Of a stretch of 46,259 nucleotides of DNA, positions 26,851-34,170 are shown one piece after another. The translations under genes and the position numbers were made by a program. Every line of letters starts with the position of its first letter. Position 1 is the first letter of the stretch. A model generated the notes under the pieces. The model worked only from the letters and a program-made list of their open reading frames with translations. It had not been told where the DNA came from and ran no database searches. This stretch comes from Ilumatobacteraceae bacterium. Its GTDB lineage: Bacteria; Actinomycetota; Acidimicrobiia; Acidimicrobiales; Ilumatobacteraceae. Location: assembly GCA_035529175.1 (NCBI GenBank), contig DATKXG010000262.1, forward strand, positions 1-46,259. The letters are read 5' to 3'.

Positions 26851-28578
26851 TCAGCCGACGACGGCGATCTCGCCGAGGCGACCCCGATACGGGTTCGCGT
26901 CGCTGCAGGTTCCGTCGCGACCGAGCTCCTTGAGCAGGATCAGGATGTGTCGGGCGGGTGCTGCCGGCACGGGTGACGTCAGGGTCTCGGGGTCGTTGGC
27001 GAAGGTCGTCGAAGCGAGCGGCGCCCCCCAGGCATCGAGTGAGGTCGGGATCGCCTCGGCGTCGGACGCGAAGAAATCGACCTGGTACGGACCGGTCTGC
27101 ACGTCGACGGTGATCGCCTGCTGCGCCAGGCCGTCGAACGTGACCACCAGGCCGACGCCGGGCTTGCCCCCCATGTACCGCGACGAGTAGCACGTCGTCG
27201 GCCACGACGTGGCGGCGTTGCCGTCGGCGAGCGACAACACGGCGTCGGCGTCGTTCTCGGTGCCGTCGCCGCTCGGGTCGTACGCGGTGACGGTGGCGAT
27301 GGTGGCAGGTCCGACGACCGCGGCGGCTTCGCTCGGTGCCTCGCTCGCCTGCGGCGCGGGCAGCGCCGTCGTGGTGGTGACCGGGTCGCCGCCGCCGAAG
27401 CTCATGCTCGACCACAGCAGCACACCCACCACGAGACCCGCGACAAGCAACAGTGCGACGACGGTGAACGCGGGCCGCCATTCCTGCGTGAGTCCCTTGG
27501 CGGGCTTACCGCGCGGCGCGACCGCCGGGGGCGTCTGATCGCGGGTGTTGGTCGCCGGTGTGGGCGAGCTGTGCACGTGTGCCACCTCACCGGGGATCGG
27601 GCCCGTCGGGCGGGTGGCCCTGGCTCGATCCTCCGCGCGCCCGGCGACGTCCGACGGTGCACGCCGAAGCCGCTTCGCGCCGAACGGGCCGACCGGTGAG
27701 TGCTCGTACGGCGTCGGGTCGATCGGCGGGGGACCCTCCTTCGCTGCGTCGCGCAGCGTCGCGACCAGCTCCGCGCCGGTTGCCGGTCGCTGTGCCGGAT
27801 TGCGCGCCAAGAGCTTGTGGATCGCGACGACCAGCTTCGTCGGCAGGGTCGCGCGAAGTCGGGTGAGGTCGGTGGGATCGCGCTGCAGGCGGGCGAGCGC
27901 GGTATCGGCGTCGGTCTCGCCGAGGAACGGAACCCGTCCCGCCAGGCACTCGTACAGCACGAGCCCCAGCGAGTACAGATCGGCGCGGCCATCGAGCTTC
28001 TTGCCGCGCACCTGCTCCGGGGACAGGTACTTGGCCGTGCCCATCATGATGTTGTCGCTGGTCAGGTCGGCCTCGGCCGACTGCAGTCCCTTGGCGATGC
28101 CGAAGTCGGTGAGCAGCACCCGGCCATCGGACGTCATCATGATGTTGCCCGGCTTCACGTCGCGGTGGACGAACCCGGCCTCGTGGGCATGGTCGAGTGC
28201 GGCGGCCACGCAGGTGCCGATGTGACACGTGAGTTCCGGGCTCAACCGCTTCTGGGTGTCGAGGACCTGGCGAAGGCTCTTGCCCTCGACGAGCTGCATC
28301 ACCACCGCTTGGCGGCCGTCCTGTTCGAAGACGTCGTGGACGGCGACGATGTTCGGATGGTTGAGGCTGGCAGCTGCGATCGCTTCGCGTCGGAATCGCT
28401 CGGCGACGACGGGGTCGGTCGCGAGCGACGGCTTGAGCCACTTGACCGCCACCTTGCGATCGAGGGTGAGATCGACCGCCAACCACACCTCGGCCATGCC
28501 GCCCTGCGCGAGCATCCGCTGCAGTTCGTATCGCTGCGCGATGACGGTGTGAGTGGGAGGCGGAGCCGCAGCGGACAT
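26851..28578 (-). CDS. Transmembrane Ser/Thr protein kinase with C-terminal extracellular discoidin (F5/8 type C)-like domain
   Basis: The Hanks kinase motifs are VAVKWLK, HRDVKPGNIMM, DFGIAKG and GTAKYLSPE. A Pro-rich linker and a TM (FTVVALLLVAGLVVGVLLW) follow. The ectodomain contains LSLADGNAATSWPT and CSDANPYRGRLGEIAVVG. No PASTA repeats are present. Confidence 0.9.
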   Translation of the reverse strand: MSAAAPPPTHTVIAQRYELQRMLAQGGMAEVWLAVDLTLDRKVAVKWLKPSLATDPVVAERFRREAIAAASLNHPNIVAVHDVFEQDGRQAVVMQLVEGKSLRQVLDTQKRLSPELTCHIGTCVAAALDHAHEAGFVHRDVKPGNIMMTSDGRVLLTDFGIAKGLQSAEADLTSDNIMMGTAKYLSPEQVRGKKLDGRADLYSLGLVLYECLAGRVPFLGETDADTALARLQRDPTDLTRLRATLPTKLVVAIHKLLARNPAQRPATGAELVATLRDAAKEGPPPIDPTPYEHSPVGPFGAKRLRRAPSDVAGRAEDRARATRPTGPIPGEVAHVHSSPTPATNTRDQTPPAVAPRGKPAKGLTQEWRPAFTVVALLLVAGLVVGVLLWSSMSFGGGDPVTTTTALPAPQASEAPSEAAAVVGPATIATVTAYDPSGDGTENDADAVLSLADGNAATSWPTTCYSSRYMGGKPGVGLVVTFDGLAQQAITVDVQTGPYQVDFFASDAEAIPTSLDAWGAPLASTTFANDPETLTSPVPAAPARHILILLKELGRDGTCSDANPYRGRLGEIAVVG

Positions 28579-28654
28579 GACTGAGGACGAACGCTAGCTG
28601 TGGCGCGACGCGCCGGGCCGTCAATCCGGCGCCCGGAGCACACGAACCCAGCGT

Positions 28655-29548
28655 TCAGGGAGTGGTGACCTGGAACGCGACGCCGATCGTGCCGCGCCCG
28701 CCGTGGGTGCCGATCACGGGACCGATCTCACCGATGACGATCTCGTCGGTGTGGTACGGGGCGAGCATCTCGACGAACAGGTCGACGTCGCTGCAGACGG
28801 CGTGCAGCACCGCCAGGTTCTCGATGTTGCCCTCGAACTTCTTGACCGTGTCGACGAGGTGAGCGAGCGCCTTCGATCGGGTGCGCTGCTTGCCGGCCTG
28901 CTCGACGACGCCACCGGTGACCTCGATGATCGGCTTGATCGACAATGCAGTGGCGAGCAAGGCCTTGGCGTTGCCGATTCGGCCGCCCTTCTTCAGGTTC
29001 TCCAGGGTGTCGAGCGCGCCGTACACCCGGGTTCGCCCGACCAGGTCGTTGGCGAGCGCCTCGATCTCGTCGATGCCGGCGCCGTCGCGGGCAGCGCGGG
29101 CGCACGCGAGTGCGATCGTGCCGAGGCCCATCGAGATCGTCCGGCTGTCGATCACCCGCACGTCGAGGTCGATGTCGGGGTCGTCGGCGATCGCTCGCGC
29201 AGCGAGTTGGGCGGACTGCATCGTCGCCGACAGCGCCGACGACAACGAGACCACGACGATGCCCGTGGCTCCCGTCGCTGCGGCCGACCGATAGGTCTGC
29301 TCGAACTGCCCAGGTGCCGGCGCTGCCGTCTCGGGCAGCGTGTCGGAGTTGACGCAGCGAGTCCAGAACTCGGCGGTCGACAGCTCCTCGCGGTCGATGA
29401 ACTCGTCGTCGCCGAAACGGATCGCGAGCGGCACGATGCTGATGCCGAGGCTCTCCGCGATGTCGGCAGGGAGGTCGCAGGAGCTGTCGGTGACGACGTG
29501 CACGGTGGGTGCGGGCACGACGGCGGTCGGGTCGATCGGGTCAGTCAC
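28655..29548 (-). CDS. DegV family fatty-acid-binding protein
   Basis: VHVVTDSSCDLPADIAESLGISIVPL ... TAAPAPGQFEQTY is the DegV signature. GTG 29548 overlaps the upstream stop (GTGA). Confidence 0.88.
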   Translation of the reverse strand: MTDPIDPTAVVPAPTVHVVTDSSCDLPADIAESLGISIVPLAIRFGDDEFIDREELSTAEFWTRCVNSDTLPETAAPAPGQFEQTYRSAAATGATGIVVVSLSSALSATMQSAQLAARAIADDPDIDLDVRVIDSRTISMGLGTIALACARAARDGAGIDEIEALANDLVGRTRVYGALDTLENLKKGGRIGNAKALLATALSIKPIIEVTGGVVEQAGKQRTRSKALAHLVDTVKKFEGNIENLAVLHAVCSDVDLFVEMLAPYHTDEIVIGEIGPVIGTHGGRGTIGVAFQVTTP

Positions 29549-31857
29549 AGGGCATCAGATCCTACTTGGCCGTTGCTCGGGTGACGCTCGCGGCCATCTC
29601 CGGTGAGTTCGGACCGGCGCCGGTTGCGCCAGTGGGTGAACCACCACGTCAACAACACCAGCACGAATCCACCCGTCAGCACCTGGCCGAGCCCGGTGAG
29701 TGCGGTCACCCGCGCGGTCAACGTGACCGGCTCGCCGAGGGCCTCGCCGGCCGGGGTCGCCACCACGAGATTGATCGACGACGTCCCGTTGGATTCGGCC
29801 TCGACCGGCACGATCACGCTGGTCTCGTCGAGCGGTCGCAAGGTCACCCGCTGGTCGCCCTCCGGGAACGTGACCTTCGAGGAGTCGAGCGCGACGACGA
29901 CGTCGAGTGGCTCGGCGAGGTTGTTGCCGATGCGCACCTCGATCGTGCCGCTGCGGCCCGTCAGGGTGAACGTGAAAGGTTCGGGCATCTGGACTGCCTG
30001 CTTCAACTCGTCGGCCTCGGCGAGCAGCTCCTCGGTTGCCGCCTCGACCTCGGAGTCGGAGTAACCGGTGGAGATCAGGCTGTCGAGTTCGGCGGCCCAT
30101 GCTGCCGGACGGGGGTCGTCGGGAGGCAGCATCGATGCGGCGCTCGCCAACTCGAGCGCCGTGGCGTCGAGCAGCTCGATGCGGGCATCGAGCGACGGTC
30201 CGGCGACGTCGGGCAGCTGCACGGTCATCGGCTCGCCGTCGTCGAGAGCGACGTCGGTGACACCGGTGAGCGCCGATGCGGCCGTGAAGCGGATCGACGG
30301 GGTCGTCGTGACGAGTTCGGTCATCGCCTGGATCAAGCGCGGGTCGGGACGTGCGAGGTCGGGGGTGGTGAGCACTCTGCTGCGCCGGGGTGGAGCGGTC
30401 GGTCGAGTGGTCGAGGCAGCAGCCGACGCGTCCTCGTCGGCCTGTTCGACCAGCATCTCGGCGACGGTCTGGACACTCCACTCGATCGCGGTCGACCTGG
30501 CCAGGATCCGGTCGGCGGCCGCTGGCGTCAGCTGCTCGGACAGTGGATCGACCACCAGGAACGGCAGCGTGCCACCGTCGGGGAGTTCCGCCTCGACGAA
30601 TCGATCGGTCGGCGGGAGATCATCGCTGATCGATTCCTCGTAGACGTCGGCGCCGATCACCACGAAGCGTGTGCCGAGGTCGCGCAGGTGCTGGGCGCCG
30701 CCGGCGCTGAGCTCGTCGGTGGTGATCCAGACGCCGCGTCGCGACGGCGTGGTCGGCACCGCATCGGTGAGCACGTCCTCACCGGCGCGTACCAGCCGGG
30801 TGTAGGCATCGGCGCGACCCGCAGCCACGGCGGACGACACGTCGAGCGGCAGCAGCGGCAATGCGACCAGTTCGTCGCCGTCGAGTGAGGTCGCGAGGCG
30901 CTCCGATCCAGCGGGTGTCGAGGCCGCCTCGGCCATCAGCGGAGGTGGGACCTCGAGGGTCACCGGAACGTCGACCCGTGCGGCGAGGTCGATCGACTCG
31001 TCGAGTCGATCGCGGGCGAGATCGACCGTCGCCGCGTCGGCTCGTGGGAGCGGTGCGGGTGTGACGGCGATGACCGCCAGATCGATGGGGGGAGCGACCT
31101 CGACGTCGGTGTCGTCGGCACCTGCGAGGCGTTGGACGACGGTGCCCGCCGTGGCAACGATGTTGCCCTCTTCAGGATCGCCGAGCAGCAGCTGGACCCG
31201 GATGGGGTAGAGACCAGGACGCTGCATTTGCAGGCGCGTCTCGATGCTGTCGACGACGTCGGTACCGATGTCGAGCGTGAGGTTCACGGTGCCGTCGTCG
31301 TTGCGGACCAACAGCGGGCGAGCGTCGAGTCTGACGCCGTCGATGGCGTTCCCGGCGACCGAACGGAAGGCATCGGGGTCGACGTCGCTCCCCACGAGCG
31401 GTTCGACGTCGTCGACGTCGGTGAGGGTCGGATAGTTCGCGATCTCGATCGTGAGCGCCGAAGGCTCGACCGGGGTCGGGTCGGTCGGCTCGGCCGGGTC
31501 GGTCGGCTCGGCCGGATCGACGGGCTCGGCCGGATCGACGGGCTCGGCCGGATCGACGACCGCTGGTTCCGGTGCTGCGGGTGGCGCCGGCGGCACGAGT
31601 TGGAGCGGGTCGCCGACGAGGCCGGTGAGCAGGTAGCGGAGTTGGACGTCGCCGTTGGGGTCGGTGGCGAACTGCTGGCCGATCAGTTCGAGCCGCGCCG
31701 CGTCGACGGACTGGGCAGGTCGCAGGTCGGTGGCGTCGGCCGTCGACCCGGGCGGGGACACCGCGATGAGCAGACCGAGGAACAGTGCGACGAACGTGGC
31801 CACGTTCACGTTCGTGATCCGGTTGCGCCGGTCGCCGTGCGGGCGACGGGTGGTCAC
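29545..31857 (-). CDS. Large exported protein with N-terminal signal/anchor and C-terminal TM helix (Rv3909-like, DUF6049-type)
   Basis: From GTG 31857: VTTRRPHGDRRNRITNVNVATFVALFLGLLIAVSPPGSTADA (signal). About 700 aa of Asp/Leu/Pro-rich ectodomain follow, then the C-terminal TM GGFVLVLLTWWFTHW + RNRRR. The position next to the sigma/kinase block matches Rv3909. The upstream 259 aa of the 1029-aa ORF overlap the GNAT gene and are rejected. Confidence 0.75.
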   Translation of the reverse strand: MTTRRPHGDRRNRITNVNVATFVALFLGLLIAVSPPGSTADATDLRPAQSVDAARLELIGQQFATDPNGDVQLRYLLTGLVGDPLQLVPPAPPAAPEPAVVDPAEPVDPAEPVDPAEPTDPAEPTDPTPVEPSALTIEIANYPTLTDVDDVEPLVGSDVDPDAFRSVAGNAIDGVRLDARPLLVRNDDGTVNLTLDIGTDVVDSIETRLQMQRPGLYPIRVQLLLGDPEEGNIVATAGTVVQRLAGADDTDVEVAPPIDLAVIAVTPAPLPRADAATVDLARDRLDESIDLAARVDVPVTLEVPPPLMAEAASTPAGSERLATSLDGDELVALPLLPLDVSSAVAAGRADAYTRLVRAGEDVLTDAVPTTPSRRGVWITTDELSAGGAQHLRDLGTRFVVIGADVYEESISDDLPPTDRFVEAELPDGGTLPFLVVDPLSEQLTPAAADRILARSTAIEWSVQTVAEMLVEQADEDASAAASTTRPTAPPRRSRVLTTPDLARPDPRLIQAMTELVTTTPSIRFTAASALTGVTDVALDDGEPMTVQLPDVAGPSLDARIELLDATALELASAASMLPPDDPRPAAWAAELDSLISTGYSDSEVEAATEELLAEADELKQAVQMPEPFTFTLTGRSGTIEVRIGNNLAEPLDVVVALDSSKVTFPEGDQRVTLRPLDETSVIVPVEAESNGTSSINLVVATPAGEALGEPVTLTARVTALTGLGQVLTGGFVLVLLTWWFTHWRNRRRSELTGDGRERHPSNGQVGSDAL
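31478..31560 (-). repeat. 18-bp tandem repeat (about 4.6 copies) inside the Rv3909-like gene, encoding (DPAEP[V/T])n
   Basis: Plus-strand units are GGGTCGGTCGGCTCGGCC x2 (31478-31513), GGATCGACGGGCTCGGCC x2 (31514-31549) and a partial unit. The protein reads VDPAEPVDPAEPVDPAEPTDPAEPTDP. Confidence 0.9.
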
Positions 31858-32591
31858 CGCAGCACTCGTTCGAGGATCAGCAGCGCCCCTGGTTGCCGCT
31901 CGAACCCGATCGACTCGTACAGCGCGAGTGCTGGCCGATTGTCGGCCGCGGTGTTCACCATCACCCGCGACACGCTGCGCCGGTGCATCCATCGCAGCGC
32001 GTCGTCGAGCAGCAGTTGGGCGAATCGGCGCCGTCGTGCACTCGGGTCGACCGCGAGCCGTTGCACGTAGCCCGAGCGGTCGGCGCGTCCGCTGATCGAG
32101 AACGCGACCATGCGACCGTCGAGGTGCACGCTGCGCGACCGGTGGTAGGGCGTGGCGTTCATGATGTCCGCCAAGGCCGAGGCGTCGTTGGCCCACGGCG
32201 ACGAGAACGATCGGCGGTCGATGTCGGCGGCCTCGTGCAGCATCGACGGGCGGAGGCGTCGCAGCCGGACCGTGCCCGCCGCCTGCGGGATCGAAACGCT
32301 GCCGGACGACCGGTTCACGGGCGGGGGGTCGGCAATGGCTCGGTCGAGCAGGGTCAAGGTGTCGGCTACACGGAATCCCGACTCGAGGAAGGGCGCGGTG
32401 GAGTCGGGGAAGAGCGCTCCGGTGCGTACGGTCGTCGCGCCGGTCGACGCGGCGTCCGCGACCCACTGCGCGATGTCGGTCGTGGTGGGCACCATGTGAT
32501 GGTCGAGCAGCACGAGGTGCGCGACACGGTCGTCGTACGGCCAGCGCCCCAAGCGGGCCCGTGCGGGACGTGCGGCCGCCAGACTGCTCAC
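31854..32591 (-). CDS. GNAT family N-acetyltransferase (two-lobed)
   Basis: The C-terminal half, YVQRLAVDPSARRRRFAQLLLDDALRWM...VNTAADNRPALALYESIGFE, has the acetyl-CoA-binding motif A (Q/RxxGxG/A-like) and the beta-bulge region. The start is GTG 32591. Confidence 0.8.
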   Translation of the reverse strand: MSSLAAARPARARLGRWPYDDRVAHLVLLDHHMVPTTTDIAQWVADAASTGATTVRTGALFPDSTAPFLESGFRVADTLTLLDRAIADPPPVNRSSGSVSIPQAAGTVRLRRLRPSMLHEAADIDRRSFSSPWANDASALADIMNATPYHRSRSVHLDGRMVAFSISGRADRSGYVQRLAVDPSARRRRFAQLLLDDALRWMHRRSVSRVMVNTAADNRPALALYESIGFERQPGALLILERVLR

Positions 32592-32681
32592 AGGCCCTGA
32601 AGGTACTCGGCGGCGGGCACGGCCTCACCGTCACGACTCGGCTCGACCTCGCTGTGGACGAGAGGTCCTAGCCTTGCGGTC

Positions 32682-34133
32682 GTGGTTCCCGAACGTCTGA
32701 CGCCCGTGCTGCGCGAGTTGGCGCCGCTCGCAGGTCGGTTCCGCGACGCAGGTCACCGCTTGTACCTCGTCGGAGGCACGGTGCGCGATCTGTTCGTCGC
32801 GTCCGGGCGTGACGACTTCGATCTGGATCTGACCACCGACGCCCGGCCGGCGGAGATCAAGCGCTGCCTCGAGGGCTGGGCGGATGCGATCTGGACGCAG
32901 GGAGAGAAGTTCGGCACGATCGGGGCGCAGGTGCGCGACCGAGATTCTGGGTTCGAGCGGACCTACGAGATCACGACGTTTCGCGCCGAGGCCTACACCG
33001 ACGAGTCACGCAAGCCGCACGTCGTGTTCGCCGACGAGATCGAGGCCGACCTGTCGCGGCGCGACTTCACGGTGAACGCGATGGCGCTCGAGTTGACCGG
33101 CGAGGACGACGTTCCGACGCTGATCGACCCGTTCGACGGTGCCGTCGATCTCGCCACCCGTGTGTTGCGCACCCCGATCGGACCGGAGATCAGCTTCAGC
33201 GACGATCCGTTGCGGATGCTGCGCGCCGCCCGGTTCATCGCCGGATATCAGCTGTCGCCGACGCCGGAGCTGGTCGAGGCGGTCCGCGAGATGGCGCCTC
33301 GGCTGGAGATCGTGTCGGCCGAGCGCATCCGTGACGAACTCGACAAGCTGCTCGTCGTCGATCACCCGGCCGCCGGCCTCTGGTTCCTCGTCGACACCGG
33401 CCTCGCCGATCAGTTCCTGCCCGAGCTGCCGGCGATGCGGTTGGAGCACGATCCGATCCATCGCCACAAGGACGTTCTGACTCACACGATCGCCGTGGTC
33501 GAGAACGTGCGCCCACCCCACGAACACCCCGCGATCGTGGCCGGGGAGCGACCCGCGTTCGACTTCCGACTCACCCGGCTCGCCGCGCTGTTCCACGACA
33601 TCGGCAAGCCCCGCACCAGGGGCTACCTCGACGGCAAGGGCACCACGTTCCACCACCACGACGCGGTCGGCGCCCGGATGACCCGCAAGCGCATGAACGC
33701 GTTGCGGTACTCGAACGACGACGTGGCGGCGGTGACCGAACTGGTGGCGCTGCACCTGCGCTTCCACACCTATTCGATGGGGTGGTCCGACTCGGCGGTG
33801 CGCCGCTACGTGCGCGATGCGGGTGACCTGCTCGCCGAACTCAACGTGCTGACGCGTTGCGACTGCACCACGCGCAACGAGAAGAAGGCGGCCCGCCTGT
33901 CCCGACGGATGGACGAGCTCGAGGAGCGCATCGACGAGCTCGAAGCGGCCGAGGAACTGGCGGCGCTGCGACCCGAACTCGACGGCAACGCCGTCATGCA
34001 GCACCTCGGTATCGGCCCGGGGCGCGATGTCGGCGACGCGATGAAGTTCCTGATGGACATCCGTCTCGACGAAGGCGTGCTCGGCGACGGCGAGATCCGT
34101 CGCCGGCTCGATGCGTGGTGGTCTGCTCGCTGA
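32682..34133 (+). CDS. cca: CCA tRNA nucleotidyltransferase (PcnA-type, with HD domain)
   Basis: YLVGGTVRDLF...DFDLDLTTDARP is the Pol-beta nucleotidyltransferase GG/DxD motif. RDFTVNAMA, LRAARF and the HD region LFHDIGKP are also present. Confidence 0.9.
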   Translation: MVPERLTPVLRELAPLAGRFRDAGHRLYLVGGTVRDLFVASGRDDFDLDLTTDARPAEIKRCLEGWADAIWTQGEKFGTIGAQVRDRDSGFERTYEITTFRAEAYTDESRKPHVVFADEIEADLSRRDFTVNAMALELTGEDDVPTLIDPFDGAVDLATRVLRTPIGPEISFSDDPLRMLRAARFIAGYQLSPTPELVEAVREMAPRLEIVSAERIRDELDKLLVVDHPAAGLWFLVDTGLADQFLPELPAMRLEHDPIHRHKDVLTHTIAVVENVRPPHEHPAIVAGERPAFDFRLTRLAALFHDIGKPRTRGYLDGKGTTFHHHDAVGARMTRKRMNALRYSNDDVAAVTELVALHLRFHTYSMGWSDSAVRRYVRDAGDLLAELNVLTRCDCTTRNEKKAARLSRRMDELEERIDELEAAEELAALRPELDGNAVMQHLGIGPGRDVGDAMKFLMDIRLDEGVLGDGEIRRRLDAWWSAR

Positions 34134-34170
34134 AGTCCGCGGTCGGCGGAGCGCACGGCTCTAACGTTGG

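Noticed and set aside
27587-28624. 345-aa minus-strand and 294-aa plus-strand ORFs overlapping the kinase gene
   Set aside because: They are alternative or antisense frames of the kinase CDS. They have no motifs, and the kinase frame carries all Hanks motifs.
31858-32634. N-terminal 259 aa of the 1029-aa ORF 29545..32634
   Set aside because: This part overlaps the well-supported GNAT gene in another frame and is Arg/Pro-rich. A signal-peptide-bearing start at GTG 31857 forms a GTGA overlap with the GNAT stop.
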